NCBI GenBank assembly: GCA_035433085.1
Contig: DAORUI010000001.1
Coordinates: 11,249 to 54,887 of the forward strand
Source of the DNA: Propionicimonas sp.
GTDB lineage: Bacteria > Actinomycetota > Actinomycetes > Propionibacteriales > Propionibacteriaceae
Length of the DNA stretch: 43,639 bases
Reading direction: 5' to 3'
Positions within the stretch are counted from its first letter, which is position 1, and each line of letters opens with the position of its first letter. Positions 18,936 through 28,339 of the stretch are shown here, piece after piece. The notes beneath the pieces were generated by a model. That model was not told the origin of the DNA, searched no databases, and saw only the letters and a list, made by a program, of their open reading frames with translations. The position numbers and the translations under genes are program-made.

Positions 18936-21641
18936 TCAGCGGGAACGGACGAACACCGCGGTGGTCAGTGGCGGGACGGTGGCCCAATCGGGACCGGCCG
19001 AACTCGAGCGCACCAGGTCGTCGCTGCCTTCGGCCTGCACGGGGTGCAGTTGATAGCCGGTCAGATCGATCGGGACGCTCTGGCGAACCACCCAGTTCGT
19101 CGCGTTGAACACCACCAGCACGCCACTGATGCGTTCGTCCACCGGGTCGGTGCGATCGTCGATCGCCATCACGATCACGCCGGGTGACTGGTGCCAGGTG
19201 TCGGAAGTGGGGAACGACACCTTCTTCAGGATGCGCTCGGCGCTACCCAGCCGGAACAACCGGGTGGACGCGCGCAATCGCAGCAGGTCGAGGGCCTGGG
19301 CATGCGCTCGGCGGATGTCTTCCGGGGCCGGTTTCAGTCTCGGATCGGCCAGCAACGGGGCGATCAGCGGCCAGGTGGCGCCGTTGTCGGGCTCGGGCGG
19401 CAGGCCGGCGCCGAACCCGTTGTCGGTCATGGTGAAGTCGAGGAAATTGAACCAGTCCCCGGAGTTGAAGGAGTTCCGGTCGAGGCTCTTGCTGCGCAGC
19501 ATGTCGGTGCCCGCATGCCACATGACCGGGCTCTGCCCGAGGGTCGCAAGGGAGAGGCAGACCGCGTTCGCGCGCACCCGGGCCCGCATGGGGGTCGCTG
19601 GGTGCAGTTTCAGGGTGAGCGCGTCGAACAGCGTCTCGTTGTCGTGGGCGTCCACGTAGTTGATGACCTCGTCGGGCTCGTCCGCATAGCCCGCCGGATG
19701 GCCCGCGTACTCCAACTGGTCGCCGCGCAGGGTCGTGTGCCGCGAGTTCGAGCCGACTCGGAAAGCGCGCAGGTTCCCGGCGAGACCGAGCTCGATCAGG
19801 TCGGTGTACCAGGCCAGGCGGCCGCCCTGCGCCCGCAGGTCGCCGTTGATGCCGCTGCCATTGTCAGCGGTCAGCAGGCCGGTGCCGAACCCCTGGGAGC
19901 GCGGGTCGCCGTCCATCACCGAACCGCCGCGGACGGCGTCGCGCAGCCGATCGGAGAAGGTCGCTATGCCCGTCCCGCCGAGTTGTCCCTGGGACGCCTG
20001 GACGAAGCGCGCGTTGTCGGCCACCTCACCGAAGTTCCAGCCCTCGCCGTACATAGTGATGACCCGGCCGTCCACGCCGTCATCCTCGGGCGTGAGCGCA
20101 TCCAGAGCGGCGCGAACGGCGAGCATGTTGGCCCGGCTGTGGTGGCCCATCAGGTCGAAACGGAAGCCGTCCACCTTGTAGCGCCTCGCCCAGTGGACGC
20201 AGGCGTCGACCATCAGCCGCTCGGTCATTCGGTGCTCTGTGGCCACGTTCGCGCAGCAGGTGGAGTTCTCCACCTCGCCGATCGCCGACAGCCGGTGGTA
20301 GTAGCCGGGCACGATCCGGTCGAGCACGCTCGACTTCTCCTGACCAGAACTTGCGGTGTGGTTGAACACCTGGTCGAGCACGACCCGCAGGCCCGCGGCG
20401 TGGAAGCTGCCCACCATTGAGCGGAACTCGGTGACGCGCGCGGCACCGTCCGCACTTGCCAGGGTCGATGAGTACGAACCCTCGGGAGCGAAGTAGTGCC
20501 ACGGGTCGTATCCCCAGTTGAAGCCGCTGCGGCCGCCGAACTCGCCCACCTGGCGCTGCTGTTCGGCGCTGTTGGGCGGCATCGACTTCAACGCGGCCTT
20601 CTGGGGACGCAGTTGCTGCCCGGGATGCTCCTCGACGGTCGCGTTGTCGAACAGCGGCAGCAATTGGACGGTGTTGAGCCCGGCCTCGGCAAGGCGGCGC
20701 AGATGGGCCATTCCGGCCGAGTCCTGGCCAGGTGCCAGCAAGCTCCCCCGCAGTTCCTTCGGCACCGACGAATCCGAGATCGAGAAGTCGCGCAGGTGCA
20801 GTTCGTAGCTCACCTGGTCGACCGGGTGTTCGAGGATGGGCGCGGACGCGGTCCGCCAGATCTCGGGGGCCAGGCCCGGGTCATCGATGTCGATCAGCAC
20901 CGAGTGTGTCGAGTTGACCGTGAGCGCCTGTGAATAGGGGTCGGTCACCTGGTTGGCTACCACACGGTGGTGGTGCGGAGTGAAGACCGTGACTTCGTAG
21001 CGGTAGCGCCGGCCCAGCCAGGACGGTTCGCCGGTGACCGCCCAGGTACCGTCGTCCGCGCGTCGCATGGGGTGTCGTTCGGCGGGGCCGTGCAGCGGGG
21101 CATCCGCGGCCCAGAGAAGTAGCGCCACATCGCGGGCGGTCGGGGCCCAGAGTCGCAGGGTCGGTAGGCCGTCGTGCCAGCACGGGCCGAGCTCGGCCTG
21201 GGCCGCGGCGGCGTAGACCTCGTCGATCACTCCGGGCAACTGCAGCTGGCCGGCGGCGACCAGCCGACCCGAGGGCAGGTGCACGCTCAGCGCCACCTCG
21301 CAACGCAGGACCTCGGCCAGCTCGGCGGCTGTCCACTTGGGTAGCCGCAGCGCCAGGTAGTTGTGCAGGTGCGGGAACTGCGTCGCGACCGCGGGCGGCA
21401 ACCCTGCGGGATCGAAGCTGAGGGACGCGGTGGGCCAGGAGACCGGCTCGCTGGCGGTGGGATCGATCCGATCGTCGGCCGACCAGTGCAACCGCCATTC
21501 CAGGGCACCCGGGTCCTCCCCCGGGGGCAGGCGGTGGGCCGGCCAAGCGATCAGGTCAGTGCGCAACCAGTAGCCAGGTGCCTCTTCGAGACCCGGGACG
21601 ACGGCGGCCGATCGCAACACGATTTTGATTCTGCCACTCAA
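18936..21641 (-). CDS. pulA: Pullulanase-type alpha-1,6-glucosidase (GH13)
   Basis: LWAPTA, YELHLRDFS, FNWGYDPWH, DQVFNH, DGFRFDLMGH, YGEGWNF, YVDAHDNET; start uncertain. Confidence 0.92.
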   Translation of the reverse strand: MSGRIKIVLRSAAVVPGLEEAPGYWLRTDLIAWPAHRLPPGEDPGALEWRLHWSADDRIDPTASEPVSWPTASLSFDPAGLPPAVATQFPHLHNYLALRLPKWTAAELAEVLRCEVALSVHLPSGRLVAAGQLQLPGVIDEVYAAAAQAELGPCWHDGLPTLRLWAPTARDVALLLWAADAPLHGPAERHPMRRADDGTWAVTGEPSWLGRRYRYEVTVFTPHHHRVVANQVTDPYSQALTVNSTHSVLIDIDDPGLAPEIWRTASAPILEHPVDQVSYELHLRDFSISDSSVPKELRGSLLAPGQDSAGMAHLRRLAEAGLNTVQLLPLFDNATVEEHPGQQLRPQKAALKSMPPNSAEQQRQVGEFGGRSGFNWGYDPWHYFAPEGSYSSTLASADGAARVTEFRSMVGSFHAAGLRVVLDQVFNHTASSGQEKSSVLDRIVPGYYHRLSAIGEVENSTCCANVATEHRMTERLMVDACVHWARRYKVDGFRFDLMGHHSRANMLAVRAALDALTPEDDGVDGRVITMYGEGWNFGEVADNARFVQASQGQLGGTGIATFSDRLRDAVRGGSVMDGDPRSQGFGTGLLTADNGSGINGDLRAQGGRLAWYTDLIELGLAGNLRAFRVGSNSRHTTLRGDQLEYAGHPAGYADEPDEVINYVDAHDNETLFDALTLKLHPATPMRARVRANAVCLSLATLGQSPVMWHAGTDMLRSKSLDRNSFNSGDWFNFLDFTMTDNGFGAGLPPEPDNGATWPLIAPLLADPRLKPAPEDIRRAHAQALDLLRLRASTRLFRLGSAERILKKVSFPTSDTWHQSPGVIVMAIDDRTDPVDERISGVLVVFNATNWVVRQSVPIDLTGYQLHPVQAEGSDDLVRSSSAGPDWATVPPLTTAVFVRSR

Positions 21642-21689
21642 TCGGCCCGGCGGTGGTATCGCTCCCAGCCGTGTCCCGCCTCTGATCGA

Positions 21690-21767
21690 TGGCGCGATTC
21701 GGACCGGCGAGACCCACGAAGTGCCCCATCAGCGCCAACAGGCCGATTGCGGGTCCGAATCGCGTCA
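21690..21767. repeat. 19-bp inverted repeat with 40-bp spacer
   Basis: TGGCGCGATTCGGACCGGC (21690-21708) / GCGGGTCCGAATCGCGTCA (21749-21767), 17/19 complementary. Confidence 0.7.
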
Positions 21768-21796
21768 AGTGGTCGACTCGACTCGCGAGTCCGGCC

Positions 21797-23599
21797 TCAG
21801 CGGTTCAACTGTGCGTACCGACCGCCCGCGTCCACCAGGTCGGAGTGCTCGCCGCGCTCGACGATCCGGCCGTGGTCCAGCACGACGATCTCGTCGGCGT
21901 CCCGAATCGTGCTGAGCCGGTGCGCGATGGTGAGGGTGCTGCGGCCAGCCATGAGCACGTCCAGGGCGGCCTGCAGTTCGCGCTCGGTGTCGGTGTCCAG
22001 CGCGGAGGTGGCTTCGTCGAGCACCAGGATCGGTGGGTTCACCAGCAGCGTGCGAGCGATCGCGAGTCGCTGCCGCTCGCCGCCGCTGAAGCGGTGGCCG
22101 CGCGCGCCGACCATCGTGTCGAGCCCGTCGGGCAGGGTCCGGATCACCTCGTCCACCTGAGCTGCGGCCAGCGCCGTCCAGAGTTCCGCGTCCGTCGCCT
22201 CGGGAGCCGCCTCGCGGAGATTCTCGGCGATGCTGGCGTGGGCCAAATAGGTCTCCTGCGTGACCATGCCGATGATCCGGCTTCGATTCACGGGATCGAG
22301 GTCGCGGACGTCCACGCCGTCTATGGTCACCCGGCCGTTGGTGGGATCGGCCAGGCGCACCAGCAGCGTGGCCAGGGTCGATTTTCCCGACCCCGTCTCC
22401 CCCACCACGGCCACCGACTGGCCAGGCTCGATGACCAGGTCCACGTCGGTGAGGGCATTCTCGGTGCCGTCCGGGAAGCGATAGCTGACGTCTTCGAAAC
22501 GTACTTCACCCCGCACGCGACCGGCGTCCAGGCGAACCGGACGCTCCGGGTCGGGCACGTCGATAGGCAGGTCGAGGTAGCCGAAGATCCGGCTGAGCAG
22601 GGCCATCGAACTCACCCACTGGGCGCCGACGTTCAGAAGTCCCATGATCGGCCGGAACACGCCCGCCTGCAGGCTGGCGAAGGCGATCAGGGTACCGATC
22701 GAGATGCCGCCGGTCAGTGCCGGGAAGCCGGCCACGAGGTACAGGATCGCCGGAATCGCGGCGAACACGATGCCCATGGTGGCCATGCGCCAGCGTCCGG
22801 CCAACTGGGAGCGCACCTCCAGGTCGATCAGCTTGGCCGACGTGTCGGCGAACTGGTGCTCCCGGGCGGGGCCGGTGCCGAGGGTCTTGGTGAGCTGGGC
22901 GCCGTTGATACTCAGGGCCTCCTCGACCTGGGTGTGCAGGTCGGAGAGGGAGCGCTGCTTCGCCGCCGTCAGGTCGCGGCGCACGAGCGCCACCTTCCGG
23001 GTGAGCAGGATCGCGGGCGGCAGCACCAGGAGCGAGAGCAGCGACAAGCGCCAGCTGATCGCTGCCATCGCGACCGCGGTGGCCACGGCGGTGGTCAGGT
23101 TGGACGCTATCGAGGTGGCGGTGTTCGTGATCACCGACTGCAGTCCGGCGACGTCCTGCAGCAGCCGCGACTGGATCTCGCCGCCGCGGGTGCGCTTGAA
23201 GAAGGCCAGGGACTGGGCCTGCAGGTGGGCGAACACGCGCACTCGCAGAGTGTGCATGACCTTCTGGCCCATGGACGTGGCCAGCCAGGTCTGCCAGACA
23301 CCGAGCACGCCGGTGACGGCGGCAGCCGCGACCATCCCGGTCACCAGCCAGGCGAGCTGCGGGATGTTCCCTGCGGGGAGTGCCTCGTCGATGATCGCCC
23401 GCAGCAGGAAGGGCTGCGCGAGGCCGACGACCGAGGCGACGACGATGATGGCGGTGACGACCGCCAACTCCCAGTGGTGCCCGGCGAAGAGTCCCGCGAC
23501 GCGCTGCATGCTGACCGGCGATTCGGCCAGTTGCGCGCGGTCGGCGGGATTGATCCGGGCAGGGCCCCGGAAGTCCGGGCCTACGTTGATTTCTGCCAT
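21797..23599 (-). CDS. ABC exporter, fused permease/ATPase
   Basis: TM domain plus GETGSGKST, FSGGERQR, ILVLDEATSALD, IAHRLSTI. Confidence 0.93.
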   Translation of the reverse strand: MAEINVGPDFRGPARINPADRAQLAESPVSMQRVAGLFAGHHWELAVVTAIIVVASVVGLAQPFLLRAIIDEALPAGNIPQLAWLVTGMVAAAAVTGVLGVWQTWLATSMGQKVMHTLRVRVFAHLQAQSLAFFKRTRGGEIQSRLLQDVAGLQSVITNTATSIASNLTTAVATAVAMAAISWRLSLLSLLVLPPAILLTRKVALVRRDLTAAKQRSLSDLHTQVEEALSINGAQLTKTLGTGPAREHQFADTSAKLIDLEVRSQLAGRWRMATMGIVFAAIPAILYLVAGFPALTGGISIGTLIAFASLQAGVFRPIMGLLNVGAQWVSSMALLSRIFGYLDLPIDVPDPERPVRLDAGRVRGEVRFEDVSYRFPDGTENALTDVDLVIEPGQSVAVVGETGSGKSTLATLLVRLADPTNGRVTIDGVDVRDLDPVNRSRIIGMVTQETYLAHASIAENLREAAPEATDAELWTALAAAQVDEVIRTLPDGLDTMVGARGHRFSGGERQRLAIARTLLVNPPILVLDEATSALDTDTERELQAALDVLMAGRSTLTIAHRLSTIRDADEIVVLDHGRIVERGEHSDLVDAGGRYAQLNR

Positions 23600-23608
23600 T
23601 CAGTCTCC

Positions 23609-23633
23609 ATATAGTGAGGTAACCACACTATAT
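23609..23633. promoter_or_regulatory. Palindromic operator between divergent ABC exporter and marR
   Basis: ATATAGTG-A-GGT-A-ACC-A-CACTATAT in a 47-bp intergenic gap. Confidence 0.75.
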
Positions 23634-23646
23634 AAGGTCGGAGCGC

Positions 23647-24078
23647 ATGGATCTATTCCCGGACGCACTCGCCGAGCAGCTACTGGGCCTCGCCCGGCAA
23701 CTCCGCCGGCGAACGCAGCAACGGATCGCCCCGCTCGGGCTGAACCCGCACCAGGCGCGCGCTCTACGAGTGATCGGACGGTCCGGCCCCTTGCGGCCGT
23801 CCGCCGTCGCCGAGGCGTTGGGCATAGCCGCGCGCTCGGCGACCGACTCCGTGGCCGGGCTGGTGTCGCTGGGCTTCGTGGAACGCCGTCCCGATCCAGC
23901 GGACGGACGCGCGCACCTGCTTGCTCTGACCGCCGCCGGCGACGCCGCGCTCGCCGAGGTTGCGGCGGCCCGCTCCGAGGTGGCCGCCAAGGTGTTCGGA
24001 CGCCTCTCGGCGGCCGAGCGGGCAACGCTCGCGTCCCTGCTGGAGCAGCTGGCCGATCGCGACGAGCCGGGCTCATAG
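23647..24078 (+). CDS. MarR-family transcriptional regulator
   Basis: GLNPHQARAL, wHTH, DPADGRAHLLALT. Confidence 0.9.
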   Translation: MDLFPDALAEQLLGLARQLRRRTQQRIAPLGLNPHQARALRVIGRSGPLRPSAVAEALGIAARSATDSVAGLVSLGFVERRPDPADGRAHLLALTAAGDAALAEVAAARSEVAAKVFGRLSAAERATLASLLEQLADRDEPGS

Positions 24079-24097
24079 ACTGTCCGATCTTGAGGAG

Positions 24098-24481
24098 GTG
24101 AGCCCACTGAGCCGACTGGGGATCGACTTGCTGCCGGCCGTGCTCGTGGCCGTCTGGTACGTCGTCGAGGGCATCGCCAAGCTGCCGCCCGTGCCCACGG
24201 GTGGCCGCCGAGCTGCGGTGGTTGTGCCGCTGTGGCTACGGGTGCTGCGCCGAGTCCGCGGGGTGGCCGAGATCATCGGTGGACTGGCCGTACTCGGTGG
24301 CGCGGTCGCGGAAGTGCTCGGCCTGCGGCTCTCCTTCCCAGGTCTCGCCATCGGTCTGGCACTCGCCGCCCTCGCCGCTTGGACCGCGGTCGAGGCAGTT
24401 GTCGAGCGGCGCTGGGTGCGCCTGGCGCTGGCGATCGTCGGGTTCGCGCTGGCCGTCTTCTACGCCGGTTTCCGGAGCTGA
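24098..24481 (+). CDS. Hypothetical small membrane protein (DoxX-like)
   Basis: About 4 hydrophobic segments, GVAEIIGGL; start approximate. Confidence 0.6.
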   Translation: MSPLSRLGIDLLPAVLVAVWYVVEGIAKLPPVPTGGRRAAVVVPLWLRVLRRVRGVAEIIGGLAVLGGAVAEVLGLRLSFPGLAIGLALAALAAWTAVEAVVERRWVRLALAIVGFALAVFYAGFRS

Positions 24482-24482
24482 G

Positions 24483-25583
24483 GTGGACGCCGAAGCGGTC
24501 CTGGCCGCTCGCCTGTCCACGCAACGACTCACCGGCCCGCCAGCGGCTTCAGCGGTGGAGGCCGTCCGCGAACTGCTCTGCGTCCAGGCCCAGGACGCCC
24601 CGCTCGCCCAGGCCATGATCGCCCTGCGTGCCGGCACGACCGTCGCGGCGGTCCAGCGAGCCGTCGCCACTGGTGAGATCGTGCGCACGCACGTCCTGCG
24701 TCCGACCTGGCACTACGTGGCCGCCGAAGACCTGACCTGGTTGCTCGAACTCACCTCCCCGAAAGTGGAGTCCGGCATGGCAGCGCGGCATCGCCTGCTC
24801 GGACTCGACCCCGCACGGGTGTCGGCCGGGCTGGACGTGATCGCCGACGCGCTCGGTGGTCGCAACTACCTGACCCGCACCGAGGTGGGCGCCGTCCTGA
24901 CCGAGACCGGCCTCCTGACTGCCGAAGACGGCCTGTTCGGACAGCAGGTCGGACACTTGCTGTTGTTGGGCGAGCTTCGCGGCTTGCTCTGCTCAGCTCC
25001 GGACGAGCGCCCGGAGCATCGCTACGCGCTGGTGTCCGAGGTGATCGGACGGCAACCGGCGGCCGGCCGGTCGGACGCCGTCGCCGCTCTGGTGGGACGG
25101 TTCGTGGCCGGCCACGGCCCGGTGGCGCTGGCCGACCTGCAGCGCTGGGCGAAGGTAACCCTCACCGAGGCACGGGCGGCGCTGGCCGGGCTCGGCGACC
25201 GGGTGGCGCGCGTCCGGGTGGGCGAGGACGACCTCTGGCACGCCCCGGACGCGGTCCGCCCCGAGGCCCGTCCGACTCGCGCGCTGCTGCTGTCGACGTT
25301 CGACGAGGCATTCCTGAGCTACCGCAAGGTGCCCTGGCCGCGTTCGCCCCACCACCCCGCTGGCGACGACCCGTACCGCTTCGCCGAGGCCGGCGGCGGG
25401 GTCGTGTTGTGCGACCTGGCCGATGTGGGTTCGTGGAAGCGCACGGTGACCCGAAGCGGCGTCAGACTGAGCCTGAAGGTGGACGCCAGCCTGTCCAGGA
25501 CTGCCCGGGCGGCCATCGAAGAGGCGTCGCAGCGGCTGGTCGACGCCATCGAGACGAACGGCAGTGTCGCACCCGGCTCGTAA
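24483..25583 (+). CDS. AlkZ-like DNA glycosylase (HTH_42 winged-helix family)
   Basis: LCVQAQD (QxQ motif), RTHVLRPTWHYV, FVAGHGP..LADLQRW, LLSTFDEAFLSY. Confidence 0.85.
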   Translation: MDAEAVLAARLSTQRLTGPPAASAVEAVRELLCVQAQDAPLAQAMIALRAGTTVAAVQRAVATGEIVRTHVLRPTWHYVAAEDLTWLLELTSPKVESGMAARHRLLGLDPARVSAGLDVIADALGGRNYLTRTEVGAVLTETGLLTAEDGLFGQQVGHLLLLGELRGLLCSAPDERPEHRYALVSEVIGRQPAAGRSDAVAALVGRFVAGHGPVALADLQRWAKVTLTEARAALAGLGDRVARVRVGEDDLWHAPDAVRPEARPTRALLLSTFDEAFLSYRKVPWPRSPHHPAGDDPYRFAEAGGGVVLCDLADVGSWKRTVTRSGVRLSLKVDASLSRTARAAIEEASQRLVDAIETNGSVAPGS

Positions 25584-25616
25584 GCTGGTCTCGAATCCGA
25601 CCCCAGGAGCACCGAA

Positions 25617-26783
25617 GTGAGCAGCGAGTCGAGTCCGCCGGACGCCGGGGGCAGCACGCCCCCAGGCGCCTGGGACCCACGCGACCCGCTCAGCTCTGCG
25701 CCCGCGGACTGGTTCCGTCCGGCACAGCCGTCCGGCCCGGCACAACCGCCGGTTTCGGCGGGTTGGAGCTACCAGGGCCAGGCGCGGCAACCTTTCGGTG
25801 CCGAGACCGCGGAGTTCGGGCAGCCGTTAGCGGCCGAGCCGGGGGCATCCGGACAGTCGCCTCGGCACCTCGAACCTCCCACCCAGCCCTACGGCCCAGG
25901 GCACTACCTCGCCGGGCCGCGACCGCCCCGGCGAAGCGGGTGGAAGACGCTGCTCTCGACCATCGCGGTGCTGGTGGTGGGTGGCCTGGCGGTCGTGGTG
26001 GCGGTGCACTTCATGGGCGGGCGGGCGCCTGGGTTGATCACGGCGCCGTCCCCGACGTCCACGCAGAAGCCGAGCGTGTCTTCATCCGGGAAGCCGACCG
26101 GGAAGCCGACCCCAACGATGCCCAGCAAGCCGATCGACGTGCTGAAGAAGAACCCGATCTACGCGCTGAAGGTGGTTGCGAAGTGTCCCGCGCAGTCCGT
26201 GCCGGCAACCGCGGCGGCATTCCGCAAGCAGGTCAAGTCGCTCGTGGAGTGTCAGAACAAGGCTTGGCAGAAGGCGCTCGCGAAAACGGCCATCGAGTTC
26301 ACCAAGCCCAAGATTCAGCACTACACGAGTAGTTCCAAGTCGCCGTGCGGCACCCTCGGCACCAATTTCCCGGCCAGTTACTGCACGGCCGACCAGACGC
26401 TGTATTTCTCGAAGGCATCCTTCACGCAGGGCCGGTACTACCGACTCGCGGTCGCGGAATTCGTGATCCACGAGTACTCCCATCACATCCAGACCCTGGC
26501 CAAGATCTTCAACAACACCGAGGCCATGAAGGAGCGCGACGCGAGCATCAGCCGCCGGATCGAACTGCAGGCTCATTGCATGGCGCAGTATGGGCTGACG
26601 CACTCCGACCTGAGCTTCACCGCAGCCGATCGGGCCGACCTCGAATACCAGTTCGGCTACACCAGCGACGCCGAAGGCCACGGCAGCGCGAAGGCCGAGC
26701 GCTACTGGGGACTCCGCGGCCTGAACGCCGACAACGTCGGCGCCTGCAACACCTGGACGGCCAAAGCCGGTCGGGTGAAATAG
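25617..26783 (+). CDS. Membrane-anchored neutral zinc metallopeptidase (YpfJ-like)
   Basis: Pro-rich N-terminus, one TM, SPCG, ASYC, HEYSHHIQ, SRRIELQAHC, GHGS. Confidence 0.85.
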   Translation: MSSESSPPDAGGSTPPGAWDPRDPLSSAPADWFRPAQPSGPAQPPVSAGWSYQGQARQPFGAETAEFGQPLAAEPGASGQSPRHLEPPTQPYGPGHYLAGPRPPRRSGWKTLLSTIAVLVVGGLAVVVAVHFMGGRAPGLITAPSPTSTQKPSVSSSGKPTGKPTPTMPSKPIDVLKKNPIYALKVVAKCPAQSVPATAAAFRKQVKSLVECQNKAWQKALAKTAIEFTKPKIQHYTSSSKSPCGTLGTNFPASYCTADQTLYFSKASFTQGRYYRLAVAEFVIHEYSHHIQTLAKIFNNTEAMKERDASISRRIELQAHCMAQYGLTHSDLSFTAADRADLEYQFGYTSDAEGHGSAKAERYWGLRGLNADNVGACNTWTAKAGRVK

Positions 26784-27139
26784 CCCCGCGTCGGCCCGGC
26801 CACCAGGCGATCCCACCCCACTGCCGACCAGGCTCCGGGACGCCGGCTTCGTCACGACGTCACGGTCTCAGGGCAAGGACGATCGTCCCCGGCGCTACTG
26901 CTGACTCACCACCGCAGAGCGATGCTGCCTGTCCGAATTCCAGCGGCCGTGAAAGCGCTGAACGCCGCCAACGAGGTCATAGAAGGAGGCCAGTCTGAGC
27001 CACCCACGAACGTCGCCCGGTGAACCGCACTCGTGCTGTGGTCCGCCGATAGCAGGGGTGACCGGCCGACTTCTCGACGATGACACCAATTGCGCGGGGC
27101 AGATCGCCCGAAGCGCTCGCTCCGCGATAGCGGAAAGCT

Positions 27140-28213
27140 TCAGCTGGAGAACCGGAACTCGACCACGTCACCGTCGGCCATCACGTAGTCCTTGCCCTCC
27201 ATGCGGGCCTTGCCTGCGGCTCGCGCGGCAGCCACCGAGCCGGCGGCGATCAGGTCGTCGAAGCTGATCACCTCGGCTTTGATGAAACCCTTCTGGAAGT
27301 CGGTATGAATCACTCCGGCCGCTTCAGGTGCGGTCGCTCCCTTGCGGATCGTCCACGCCCGCGACTCCTTGGGGCCGGCGGTGAGGTAGCTCTGCAGACC
27401 GAGGGTCTCGTAGCCGACCCGGGCCAAAGTGTCGAGCCCGGGCTCGGAGATGCCCATCTCGACCAGGAACTCGCGGGCCTCGTCCGGCTCCATCTCGACC
27501 AGCTCGGATTCGATCTTGGCGTCCAGGAAGATCGCCTCGGCCGGCGCGACCAGGGTGCGCATCTGCTCGATCAAGGCGGTGTCGGTGAGCTCGTCGGAAT
27601 CGCAGTTGAACACGTACAGGTACGGCTTGGCGGTCAGCAGGAAGAGCTCGCGCAGCGGCTCCAGATCCAGGCCGGCGGCGTGCACCCCGACGCCTGAGTC
27701 CAGCACCGACTGCGCCTCGGTGAACGCGGCCAGGGTTGGCTGGCGCTCCTTGCGAATGCGGGCTTCCTTCTCCACCCGTGGCAGCGCCTTCTCGATGGTC
27801 TGCAGGTCGGCGAGGATCAGCTCGGTGCGGATCGTCTCGATGTCGTTGCCCGGGTTCACGGCCCCGTCCACATGGGTCACGTCGGGGTCGCGGAACACCC
27901 GGGTGACCTGGCAGATCGCGTCCGCCTCGCGGATGTTGGCCAGGAACGCGTTGCCCATGCCCTCACCCTTGGACGCACCCTTCACGATGCCGGCGATGTC
28001 GACGAAACTCACCGTCGCGGGGATCGTCTTCTCCGAGCTGAACACCTTCGCCAGCACCGGCAACCGCTCATCCGGCACCCCCACGACGCCCACGTTGGGC
28101 TCGATCGTCGCGAACGGGTAGTTCGCAGCGAGCACGTTGTTGCGGGTGAGCGCATTGAACAGGGTGGACTTGCCCGCGTTGGGGAGTCCGACGATGCCGA
28201 TGGTAAGAGCCAC
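27140..28213 (-). CDS. ychF: Obg-family ATPase YchF
   Basis: GIVGLPNAGKSTLFNALT, ANYPFATIEPN, DIAG, TGS domain EGKDYVMADGDV. Confidence 0.97.
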   Translation of the reverse strand: MALTIGIVGLPNAGKSTLFNALTRNNVLAANYPFATIEPNVGVVGVPDERLPVLAKVFSSEKTIPATVSFVDIAGIVKGASKGEGMGNAFLANIREADAICQVTRVFRDPDVTHVDGAVNPGNDIETIRTELILADLQTIEKALPRVEKEARIRKERQPTLAAFTEAQSVLDSGVGVHAAGLDLEPLRELFLLTAKPYLYVFNCDSDELTDTALIEQMRTLVAPAEAIFLDAKIESELVEMEPDEAREFLVEMGISEPGLDTLARVGYETLGLQSYLTAGPKESRAWTIRKGATAPEAAGVIHTDFQKGFIKAEVISFDDLIAAGSVAAARAAGKARMEGKDYVMADGDVVEFRFSS

Positions 28214-28233
28214 GTCGGCCTAGCTTAGTGGCC

Positions 28234-28291
28234 GCTAACGCGGAGGATTGTCCACCGAAGTCGGTGGACAATCCTCCGCGTTATCCACAGG
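28234..28291. repeat. Palindrome (23-bp perfect arms) followed by TTATCCACA; left flank of the nuclease gene
   Basis: TAACGCGGAGGATTGTCCACCGA-AG-TCGGTGGACAATCCTCCGCGTTA (28236-28283); TTATCCACA 28281-28289. Confidence 0.92.
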
Positions 28292-28339
28292 TTGCACTTT
28301 TCCTGACGCGATCATCGGTGTCCTGCCGAAGGTATTGGC

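Noticed and set aside
26784-27139. Small RNA or small gene in the 356-bp gap between the peptidase and ychF
   Set aside because: Only short GC hairpins near the ychF stop and uninformative ORFs were seen; nothing supports a call without an Rfam search.
9629-28289. oriC suggested by TTATCCACA boxes
   Set aside because: Only three perfect boxes were noticed, at two distant sites; there is no dnaA/dnaN and no AT-rich unwinding element.
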